Below, piece after piece: positions 12,022 to 22,960 of a DNA stretch of 64,000 nucleotides (the first letter of the stretch is position 1; every line of letters begins with the position of its first letter). Source of the stretch: Raillietiella orientalis. Its lineage: Eukaryota. The stretch is taken from the NCBI GenBank assembly GCA_036172245.1, contig JAYWIR010000002.1:2666001-2730000 (forward strand), read 5' to 3'. The notes under the pieces are model-generated. The model worked only from the letters and a program-made list of their open reading frames with translations, did no database searches and was not told the origin of the DNA. The position numbers and the translations under genes were made by a program.

Positions 12022-14734
12022 AGTTACGCGCGCCCTCGGGTGGCGTGGGCGGTGTTGAAGAGCTTCGTGAGGTCCCCATAAGGAGGTTCTTTCCGATCCA
12101 GAGCACTTTTGCGAAGAGGGGCGGGAAACGAGAATCGACTCCTTGATGAACACGTCTTCCCGGTCGAGATGAGATGAGGGTCGAATGACTTGTCAGTTGG
12201 ATCTTCCCCCCTCGGAACTCGGAAATCCAAGCAACAAGCGCGCATGGCAGGTGTGATCACTCCGGTCCAGCAGTTTCTTCTACGATGACCAGGAAGCTCA
12301 GTCTCTGTGGTATCCAACGGAGAAACCGGAGAGTTTATCCGGCGCCTTCTGCTGCACCAATTTCCGGGTTGGGGTGCCGGAGGGAACCTGACTCGTCGAC
12401 GCCACCGTGGGGGACGCCGCCGTCTGGGACGGAGCGCTCGCTGCCGAAACCTCCTCGAGGGTCGCGCGGGGCTTCTGCTGCCTCCTCAACCTTCTCCGCA
12501 GGTGCCGTGCTCCATCCCGTTTGCATCTTTTGGGAGCAGGTGCACTCTCGTTCTTTCCATGCCCGGAAGGAGAACGATATCGTTCCAACTCCTGCAGGGC
12601 CAGCTCGATGTCCTTCCAGCGCCCGGCTTCTGCTCTCTGCCGTCGGCCCGACCTTCGCTGGCCGCCTCCTGCTCCCGAGAGACTGCCGTGCGCGGATCGG
12701 TTACCCGCTCCAAGGCTGGTGACTCGCCGAGGATCCATTCCCCGTTTGCGGATGCTGCTGGTGATGAGAAACCGGAGAGCATCCTCGGTACGGAAGGGCG
12801 GCGCTCCACGAATCTTGGCGCGCCGCTTTAGATTCTGATGCTCATTGGCAGGAAGAGCATATTGTGGGAACGACCTTCCCTTGACTCGTTTCGAATGCCA
12901 ACTCGACAGAGATTGGGAGGGAAGGGGAAAAAGGGGATTTCTAATGCCATCCTTGTTCCTCTCCTTTTGCCTTCATTTCGTAACCTCGGCACAGGAGTGT
13001 CCCTTGTGCCGCGGGCAATGAACTTACTCCGTGATGACCTCCTGAAACATCCTCTCATTTCTGCAAGTACCCATACATCTTCTTTCCGACTGCTGCTTCC
13101 ACGTGTTCTGAGCTTCTCCCCAGAACCTCCTTCCATGTGGTACTCGTTTTCCTCTTCTCTTCGCGAAAGTGACTTGGATTCCTGATCACGTCGCGTTCCC
13201 ATGGAATCTCTGAAGGAGTACTTCCGCTTCATCTTTCCGATAGGCAGCCGCCACTCTCTGGTTACCTCGTCAGCTCTGCAAGCCAATCAGCAGAACCAGA
13301 CCATCCAAGCATTCCTTCCCTATACCTGACTAGGCTGGAAGTGTCTGTTAAGAGGCATCTGCAAGAATGGAGGGTGCGTTGCTATGCCCGCTCCGCTTCT
13401 GGAATTTAAATTAGCGGGAAACTTGATGTTGGAATGGCGGTGAGTTGGGTGAACGGCAGATGGCTGTGGAGGTGGAAAAATTCGATGCGATTCCACAGTA
13501 TTCAATTTATACATAAAATCAAATAGATATTTAATTCAATTAAAGAGATTACCTGCCTACGTTATCCATCGTAGTATAAAGAATTGATGGCTTTCTATTC
13601 GATTAAGCATGCTTTATGACACCAGGCATTTTATACAATATTATGGCCGCCAATAGGATTATTAACCTCAACCCAGTCAGTCCTATGAGGATTGGATTGG
13701 GGTCAGTTCAGCGGTTTCACGCACGTTTAGTCGCATCACATCATCGTCCACTGATAAAAAAACACAAAAGGGCAGATGACCCTCGAAAAACGAAATGTTT
13801 ACGAATTGGCAAGAAATGCAGGAATGCTGGTTCGAGTTCCACATCCCGCGGTTTGTGTTAAAGAAGTGGAAGGTTCGAGGCAGCATTTGATTGAGCAATG
13901 TTCCAACAAAGTGGGAATGAAAATTCTGGCTGAAACTCCAAAACTTCCATGCGTGAGCAGTCCTGTAACAACCAGAGATGTGTGCGGAATGATGCCCGAG
14001 TGTTATACCACTCGTGCAATCTCTTTGTTCTGGAGGGAGCGATCACACTGTCTACGATGGTCAGCTCGCTAGGAAATGGACACCATAGAGGTGAGATGAG
14101 ATGATGGACGGATCTGCTCCAATTCGACATTTGCAAGAGATGAGTCAATACGTTTGGTACGAAGGAGTCAGGAGAAGACCAGGTAATTCACCTCTTGGAA
14201 ATCTCACTGAGATGTTTCTTGTGGGGAGTGACTTGTCGTCCCAGTGACGGCATGCGCGATAGGCGCTGGTGAGTACGAGGTGAGGGGAAGGGAGGGAGAG
14301 GTAGACTTCCATCTTAAGAGATTACGTTTGGGTGAGGTGGATCGCTTGCCATCTCACTCCACGTAGGAGGTTCCCGGCTGACGTTAAGAAACTGCCGATT
14401 CCGTGCTAGCACGGGTTTCTTCATCTCGCTACGATCCATCTGAAGAACGGAAAACAAAATCATCATGCCAAGGTCGGGAGAGATGGCTAGTGTAATCCAC
14501 CGAATCCTGTACCACTTATCTGGAGAATATGACTGGCCACAATCACAGCTGACTTCCATTTATCCGTCCTTCTGCGACCCATCAAAGTCCTCGTTCCATC
14601 CGGTGCCCCGTTCGAAGTCCCGGCTGGAACCACTGCACAGTTCCTCAAGGAGTACTGGGTAGCCGTTCGCCTCCTTTCAGAGGGCTCACGAAGCTCTTCG
14701 GCACCGTCCGCGCCACCCGAGGTCGCGTGTAACT
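12022..14734. repeat. Segment bounded by imperfect inverted repeats (arms 12022-12071 and 14685-14734, weaker homology extending ~200 bp inward)
   Basis: AGTTACGCGCGCCCTCGGGTGGCGTGGGCGGTGTTGAAGAGCTTCGTGAG is the near reverse complement of CTCACGAAGCTCTTCGGCACCGTCCGCGCCACCCGAGGTCGCGTGTAACT. Confidence 0.8.
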
Positions 14735-15487
14735 CTTCAAGTTATGGGGGTGACCCCACAGGGATCACCGGAGGGAAAAGTCCATTTCTCTTACTCTGGT
14801 CAGAGAACTCCGGAGAAAATCCTCGCAACGGTTGTCTCTGAAGGGAACCCTCGATAGGAAACTCCTCATTCTCTTCGGAGTGATTCCCTGTACGCTCCTC
14901 ATTTCTTCTCCGAAGGGAACCCGGAAAGAATCTGTTCCTGGAATTTCTTATCCGGAGGGCATCCTCAAAGGGACACCCCTTGTTAATCTCCTAAAGAGAA
15001 CACCGAAGGGATGCTTCCCAATTCCTCTGGAGGGCGCTTCCCGAAGGGAGCAGCGCTCTTCTTGCACATTCTGGAGAGGTATCAGCCAGCTCCATGGTAC
15101 TAGCGACGTAGGAATTCTTTAGTAAAAGGCGAAAGAATTATGCGTTAGAATGGGGGAGAGTCGCTTTCCGAGAGGAGGAAAAATCCATTCTCGAAACCGG
15201 AGAGGAACCCTGAAGGGAACCGGTGCTCCCTGATGTCCTGGAAGGATCTCGGAGGATCACTCACTCCCGGCCAGTCAGCGGGAGCATCCGGTTTCCAGTT
15301 GTTTCCACCAGTCCCGCTGCACCCGAAGCCTACAAGACCAACCAGCACCATCCTGAGGAGAGGAATCGAAATTCACGACCCACGCTCCGTTTTCGACTTT
15401 CATCCCTTCCCGTATGGGATTCGAACACGTAACGCTTCGTACCACGCGCGGGAACCGTAGTTACGAGGCCGCCAACGAGGGTCGACT
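14733..15487 (-). repeat. Module B copy 2
   Basis: Same conserved blocks as copies 1 and 3; B-box-like GTGTTCGAATCCC at 15428-15416. Confidence 0.85.
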
Positions 15488-16906
15488 CTCAGACCCTCCT
15501 CAAGTCTTCCACAACAGCTAAAGGCACTTTCTTTGGTAAGGAAAAGAGATGACGAAAAAGAGAAAACGTGCCGAGGGAAGGTTTCAAAGCCATCTCCGGT
15601 CATGATGAAGAGTTAGGTCGAAAGAATGCCGTTGCAATCAACCGAGGAGGTTGCAATCGCTTTCGACCGAGGAGTTCAAACGGCTCCTCCTCAGTTCCCG
15701 GCCCAGGTTGGGGTGAGAGCAGTACACAACTGGGAAGGGAAGTGATTCGTTGGATGGATGCTCTCCTGGAGTATTATCATTTCCAGGCAGGGAAGTCTCA
15801 CAAACACAGCATCGCGAGAGAGCATCCCTGAGGAAAGTCAGCCGCAAAACCAGGATGAAGCAGGCAAAACTCCACTGAAGTACCAAAAACAAGAGGTCTG
15901 GATCCTTGTACTGATCCTCGGTCCAATACACCACAACTATATTTAGGATGAGGCAAGACACGCTCGTTCGCTTTCGTCCTTCTGGAATCCACGCAACTTG
16001 CGCAATCCTCCGCTCGCGCAAAGCTTATGCAAACCAGTGCATACTTACATCCAGCACTGTTTGCTCTGAATGCTGCTATCGCAATCAGCACAGGATGCGA
16101 TTCATGAGATCTTGGGGAAAATTCACGCTTGGTGATCAAACATCATTGTATCAAACGGAACAGGGGAATCACCTAAGCGATTAAAAATTTTACGGACTCA
16201 GTGGTGATCCTCTACAGATGACCTTCTCCCAGATCATGCTGAAAGTGCTGATGACTTCGAAACATGTTGAAGTGAAGAAACCCATGCAAGTACGGAATCT
16301 GCAGCCAGGAGCACCAGCTGGAAACCTCCTACGTCAGATGAAACCTCTCCCTCACTTCCCCGCATCTCGTGCTCACCAACGCCTATCGTACACGCTGTCT
16401 CAGGGACAGCAAGTCATGCCCCACAAGAAGCATCTAATAGAGATTGCTGCGAGGTTTTTCTGACTCACTCGTGCCAGTCCGATGTTTACTAAGCATCACT
16501 GCTGCAGCTGGTGCCGAACACGCACCGGGACCAGTCCGGAGGGATGTCCTTTTTCCAATCGCCGGACTCGGACTACTGATCTTGCGGGCGTGCCTCGGGC
16601 GTGGCTGCATTCACCCTCGTTAGGCACCATCCTTGCCCCATGAGAAAGTCCATAAAATTTGCCGAGTGGTCTCGGTCGCAGTCCCAAGGCATCGATGATC
16701 GTGACACCTACGCTTTCGAGGAGAGAAAGCAACGAGCCCAGCATGCGCAGATTCGGAGATCTGCCTCGAGGGGCGCCGCGGGAAGACTCCCTCCGCTAAG
16801 GGAGCATTGTAAGAAGGCGGGAGAAAGCCTTCGCGATTCAGATGAATGCGCATCCTGTTGTCACGGAAGCGACGTCTTCCTTGGCCGCTGAGAGGCGCGA
16901 CGGGAG

Positions 16907-19900
16907 TTTTTTTTATTGCTTACATTTACAATTTATTATCGCGTTACAGGAGGGGCTCTTCACATTCTTCCGGGATTCCTCATCTGCCCATCTGGGATGC
17001 TTGTCGCCCTTCAATCTGTTCAGCATCTCTTCTTCAGCATCTTGTTCTCCGTTTCGTGAGAGCTGACCGCTGGAGTTTTCCGGCTGTATTTGAGTTTCGA
17101 TCTCTCGTGTGGTTGACGTGAGCTGCGTAGATGTCTCTGAAGTACCGTAAACACAAAGCCACCATCCAGTGCCTCATCCTCTCCTAGTGCTTTTTAGGAA
17201 CTCCAAGATCATGCAGCACTTCCTCGTTATCTGGGTCCCAGGCTCCTAGTGAGCCAACGACGAGAGCATGCACTTGCATTGCTTCCCTTCCCTGCTTAGC
17301 TGTAGGGCTGCTTCCTGATACTTTTCCAGCTTGCTCCTCCTAGTCGTGCCGGATGCCTCTTTCCCACCCTCGAACGGGCAGCAGATGTTTAGCACTATTG
17401 GTCGATTTCCTTCTTCAGTACTAGGTCTGGTCGCAGGAGGTATTCCGTTCCTAGAGCTCTCTGATTGGTGAAACTGGAAACCACTTTACTTCATCCACCG
17501 CGGCCATCCTAGTCATTTCCTGGATCGCGCGTTATGGTCGCGCAGTGTACAGTTGAAAGTGCCTTCTGCATCGGCTCAGGGTATAAGGCAAAGTTTCGTC
17601 TTCCGTCTGACAGCGCCGGCATGAGCACCCTTCTGGTTTCGCCCTGGTCCCGGTCCCGATTTAGAACGGTTTAGCCGGGCTGCCTGGATGATTCCGTACT
17701 TCTCAAGTCTCAGGCACTCTCCGTTCGTGAGGAAGAAACTTGAGACGTGGTGCATGCCTACACTTGAGATACCCTGCCATGAGCGAGTTTCCCGTGACAT
17801 CGCTCAAGGCTCTGGAGACGAGGTGATGTTGCTGCGCTTCCCATGGCATCCGCCTCAGGAGCTGGAACGCATGGTTTATTCCTTCCCTCCACCTGCTTTG
17901 GCTGCCATCTAAAACCTCTCGCGAAGGGTGAGGCAAGTTGCAGAACCTCTTTCCTCCTTTCCTTTTTTCTATCTCACGGGTCGCTGAACTGTTGCACCCC
18001 TTGTCTTGACACAAATGGCTCGTGGTCACGCAGGTTCCTCCTTGCAACACTCTTTGGGACACGTTTCCAGGACCGCGAGCTGGATATCATTCGAGTTCAT
18101 CGGGCCTTCATGGATGGGAAGGAGGTGGCTTTTCGAAGGGAAGGATGTTGTGTCCACGAACTGGTATTTGCAGGTGGGGCAGAAGAGGTCCGGGCGGATA
18201 CCGAAAGCATCCATCCATGCTGCATTCGGTCGCTCGAACCATCCCGTGGCGATGCCGTTGGGCATAGGAGTCACGGAGTCGCGAAAGCCCACCGAAGATG
18301 ACATCGCTCCGAGATTCTAGACTCTCTGAACTGGCTGATGCTGAGACTCAGCTGGAACGACCACAGGAATCGCCGTCCTTCGTTTCTCCGCTTCTCGCTC
18401 CCCAGGATCGACACTCTCCCCTCCACGGAAAGAAAGGTCTGCCTGCAACCGAGCACACATCCTATCCAGTGGATCAGGCCAGTATCCAGTGCCTCCAAGA
18501 AATGAGGGGATTCTAAGGGGTTCAGAAGTGCAGTTCCGGATTCTAAAGCGCTTCCATGTCATCCTGCGATTTGGAGAGTATTCTTTCAGGGAAAAGAGTC
18601 TTAAAGACACACGAGAGAAAAAAAAAAAAAAAAAAAGCACGCGGCAAATAATATGACCTCCGATATTCCCGCTTCTCTAGCCAAGAAATCATCTTACTCG
18701 GATCTCTTTGAGGATGCTGAGGAAGGGAATGGATCTCTCCCGCAAGATTACTCATGGGAGGAGAAATGGGTTCTTCTCTCGGGAACACGCTGTTTCCCTC
18801 CTGTCAGACCACAAGCAATAAATCCTTGTCTTGCCTTCTTCCCTGGAGAGTGGGCCAGCCTCCCCTCCGTTCCGCGACATCCATGTGTTCTTTTGTCCAG
18901 CCGATTGCCCGGATCCAGAAAGGAGGGCGCTCTCCGTTAAGGCACCCCGCTAGGGACGACGGAACCTCTCCTTGGCCGCATCCCTCTCGAGAGCCGTCAG
19001 ATTTTGCCCGCTGCCGAGCGCCCTCTCTTGCTGAATCCTCCAGACTCCGTCCGGGAGGCCTGGAGTGTTGCTTCTCCTCCCACTTGTCGATGCTCAGTCG
19101 ATGTTCCACGGGCGCAGCTTCCTCAGAAGAGCGCCAGAGTCAGGCAAGCCACGCTCGTAACTCACGCAGCCTCCGGGACGAAGGACGTTCTAGGGAAGCA
19201 GCGCTCCAAGAGCCACCTGGGCATCCCGCGGGAAAAGAACTCTTCGGGTCAACATCGAAGCTCCTCCCCAGGCTACATCGCAAGTAACCTTCGTGCAGAT
19301 GCGATTCCTGAGGACCGAATCGCTTTTGGGAATTTTAGTGATCGAAATGCAATGCGCCCTCATTTCTCATCTTCAGGAGGACGAAGGCAAACGCCCTGGA
19401 AACGATCCCCTCCCTCTGCTCTTCCTTCCGACCTGTTCACTTAGATGTCTTCCCTGGAGGAAAAGACTCCAATAGGGAACTCTTAAAGTCCCTGGGCATC
19501 TCTCTGGGTATTTTGAGCTTTCAGCGTCAAGAGTTGCTCTCTGAAGCAACTCTTGACGCTGATCGCTCCCGAAAGAGGCCACGACACCTCGCCACAGGCC
19601 AACCCGAGCTTCATCCCTCGTGGTCCTTGGAACCTGCAGTCTTCTACCCTCTCGTGACACTACTGAACAGAGAACACGTAGGGAGATTCTTCGTTATCAG
19701 TGGGGGACCTCGAGCACAACAGAAGTTTGCACTTCGGAAACGAGGAGATGTTTCCAAACCAAAAGCCAACATCCCATTCGTGAAACAGCCCAGTCCCCGT
19801 TGTGACACCTCGCACATTCCCGATTGCGCGCCCGACAACGAAGGGGTTTCGTGTGTGGATTGCCTCCGGTCCGAAATCTCTTAGTGGCGGAGAGACATTC

Positions 19901-20170
19901 TGCAGGTGGTCCACAGATGCAGATACCATATTCCTGGATTCCAAGAAAGAGTTGCCGATCGCTGATTTCTAGGCGAAGATGTGTATCAGCAGCCAATAAA
20001 GTCCATTTAAGCACAAGCAAGAGCATACGTTTCGCCAGCAGTGGGACTTCCGTACAAACGAGCAGGCTAGCAACACCTGAGTTGCCATCCCGAGGAGTTG
20101 ACACGCTACCTGAACAGCTGTTTGAAGCATTCCATGATTCAGCTGGTCCTTGCGTGACTTCACTCAAGCG
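16907..20170 (-). mobile_element. Decayed NeSL/Utopia-type (R2 supergroup) non-LTR retrotransposon with restriction-like endonuclease
   Basis: Minus-strand frames give FLTNGECLRLEKYGIIQAARLN, CRRCQTEDETLPYTLSRCRRH..RHNA (CCHC knuckle, ~17520-17625), LRPDLVL..NICCPFE..RRSKLEKY..VHALVVGSLGAWDPDNEEVLHDLGV..MRHWMV..RDIYAAH (17110-17440; RLE PD-D/E-K domain). Degenerate RT at ~18000-19100. 3' AATAAAAAAAA tail ends at 16907. 5' boundary uncertain. Confidence 0.85.
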
Positions 20171-21259
20171 TTAAGAGCTGTCGAGAATGACCTTCACCTA
20201 CTCACGTGCAGAGCCTACTGGTACCCTGCCTTCTCATTTCCACTGGCTAGGTGAAGTGATGGACATGGTGTCCATTGCTTCATCGTTGCGATCGGTAAGA
20301 AGGGGATGCTCCTGCAGCGTGAGAGGCGACCTTCCGCATCTCCGGGGTCTCCAAGCTCAATAATCAGTGGAATCGCCACGCAAGCGACGCCCCTCCCAAA
20401 ATTTCTAGATCAAAGGTGGATGGAATCTCTGGTGAATTTACGGGAGAACTTCGGGATCCCGTACTTTCTGGTCTTCGGTACTAGCAGACGCCATCTTGTT
20501 GATGCACTGGACATTCCCCGGAAGTGATGAATCCCACCACGCCATCAGCGGGTGAGGGCGCCCGAGGAACGCCTCCTCCCCAATGCGAGACAGTGGAAAC
20601 ACTCCCGCACGTGCCGCTGGAATGCGAGAGACTGCGTCAGGGATGGACGCGCATCACTGAAGCACCTCCGCTCCGTGCCGCCACTCCTGAAGACTTGCCT
20701 AGGTGGAGGTTCACATCTCCGGACTTGCTGCTCGTTTCGCCGCTCGCGATTCCCTGCCACATGCGAGCAGAGGTGACCACCGAGATGGAGGAAGGGTGTG
20801 ACCTTCGTGCCGGAGAGTCATCGTCGTCGTCATTTGCCATCGCCTACGTGCGGAGGGCGATGAGGCTGACCCAACCTGGGAAGTGGAGCACGAGGGAACC
20901 TTCGATCACTGGCGGGCAGACTGACTGACCCGGTATCGATGAACGCACCCCTCCGCCCCTTCCCTGTCCAACGGGTCATCAGGAAGCAATCGGAATACAG
21001 TCAGGATGGTCCATCGCATCCGCTATTTATTTTCTCGTTGTCCTCCTTCCACTCCCCCTAGTTCTGTCTTCCGCGAGGGTGGGGACACCCTGGGTTCGGG
21101 TCTCCGCCTACTGGTCTCTATCTGTTCTATTGTTATTTATTTATTTATTTGAAATAAAAGTCCTGCCTATTCGGGACGGAAAGGTTGCAAACGTTTTAAC
21201 TCGATGACGCCGGGATATTTATTTATTTGAAAATGAATAAAATTAAAAGTCCTTGGGTT

Positions 21260-21385
21260 CCCAGACAACAGGAACAACACCGACATCAACAAAAGAAAGC
21301 TCACAGGGAGTGACCACTGGCACGCAGGCCGGCTATTAAAGAAGTCTGAAATGGAAGGGAGGAAACAGAAGGTTCTTAAAAAAGG
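21260..21385 (+). mobile_element. Short retroelement 3'-end fragment carrying the shared stem-loop
   Basis: TGACCACTGGCACGCAGGCCGGCT matches the reverse complement of 57-80; followed by GGAAGGGAGGAAACAGAA, similar to module A. Confidence 0.55.
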
Positions 21386-22708
21386 GGGTGGAGCGTAGTA
21401 GCAGGATATTCTGATAAAGTGTCAGCCTCTCCTTTCGTCCTAGAGCTGGAGTTGCACGCTAGTAGTCTCTCTAAAGACTTCTTGAAAGTGAGGCCACCTT
21501 GTAGCCATCTTCATCGAGACAGCGTTTGGCCCCCTTCGCTTCTCTCGAAGCTCCAGAAACTGGCGGGATGTGACGATGACGCAGATGCAGCATCGCGACG
21601 CAATCGCGACGCCTGCCGCAAGCTCTCCTTGCGTGAATAAACGCAGCATCAAGTGCACCGCCTATGTCTCCCCCGCCAGGGCTGCTCGAAGCACCGCATT
21701 TAATCGAGAGCTGCGGGAACGATACCATCATTACTCATATTGAGCAGCTTGGGGATGCAACTCTCCTGGAAACCAGGTGTCTGCACTGGAATTCCGAGTG
21801 CAGAAACAGTGGGACGTCTCGTTTCCATTGCGACGGGAGCACCGTAGAGTCTATGCACATGGAAGGCATCACGAGTTCTTCGGGGGACACACCAAGCTCC
21901 GCCAGGAATAACAACTGGATCTTCTGCCGTCCTGAGAACGGTAGTGTCGGGCAACCTGTTCGCAAGTGGGCCCAGGAGAACGAAGGAGCCTGGAGATGCT
22001 GCAGCAACTGCTGCACTCCTTCTACAGCAGCCGCTCGCTGCAGGACGTCATTGTGCAGTCCACTACGTGAGCGTGGGCGCAAAGAACCTCCCTAGCCGCG
22101 GCACTGCCCTCCCTCAGGGAGCACCTGGACAGTACTGAGCCGGCCAAATGGGAGGTCAGTTGCGAAATCAGTCAGAAGACGAGGGAACCAGATGGTTGGA
22201 CGCGTCACAGACTCTGCGACTCCAAGTGCCCCACCAAAGGGACTATTGAGCTGAGGTGAGCTGCTGGGAATCACACAGGAGGACCTCGAGTGGACCTCAG
22301 CGCTGAAGAACAGCCGGGCCCTCCCCCTGAAGTGGCAGGGGTCGGCACTTCTGCTGTTGTACTGGGGTCTTCCTTGCAACTCCTGCCAGTCTCATTTGAC
22401 CTGGGGGGATGTGGACCCCAACTTCTGAGGGTGCAAGGAACGGAAATCTTTCCCGTACCTGCTTTTAGACTGTTTCGCTCCGACTCCTGTGGCTGCGTTA
22501 CGCAATGACCCTTGGTTCACCGACGGGACAATCCTGGGACGCCTCTTCGTGCGCGATGCTCTTTCATCTGATGCATCACTAGCAGTTCTTTGCTGCTGCC
22601 CATGCGGAATTGTGGCTGTCTGGGGCTACGCGAGAGGAGGACGACACGACAGAGATGCTATCCGCTTCGCCCTGAGCTTCCTGCGGACGGCAGTTAGATG
22701 ACCCCATC

Positions 22709-22960
22709 CATACTCGGGTGGAGCTTACCGGCATCCTGGAAAGGATGCAGAGGATGCCCTCCAGCTCCCGATGATCCCTTCGTTAATCTTCCCATTTTAT
22801 TGTATATATTTTTTTGTTTTATTTTTATTTCTGTTTGTCCCTTCCCCCTCCGCTGCCGAGGAGAACCTTGCCGGCCTGCTTGCCGGTTACTCGACAGGTT
22901 CTGAGAATTTTCGGACAGTGTAGGGCCGATGGTGCTACACATGTGCGTTTATTTTTTTAT
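22709..22960 (-). repeat. Module A copy 2
   Basis: Direct repeat of 11728-11975. Confidence 0.9.

Noticed and set aside
16235-16270. CTGATGA-CTTC-GAAA minimal hammerhead core
   Set aside because: No stem II and no U-H cleavage triplet paired with stem III.
18617-18636. Many long poly-A/T runs across the window as retro-insertion tails
   Set aside because: Most sit inside old TE ORFs or introns without target-site duplications; more likely mononucleotide expansions or homopolymer length errors.
21420-22100. Possible decayed APE endonuclease fragment (minus)
   Set aside because: Only vague motif echoes (LLFLAE, GGDIG, WPHF); not enough to call.
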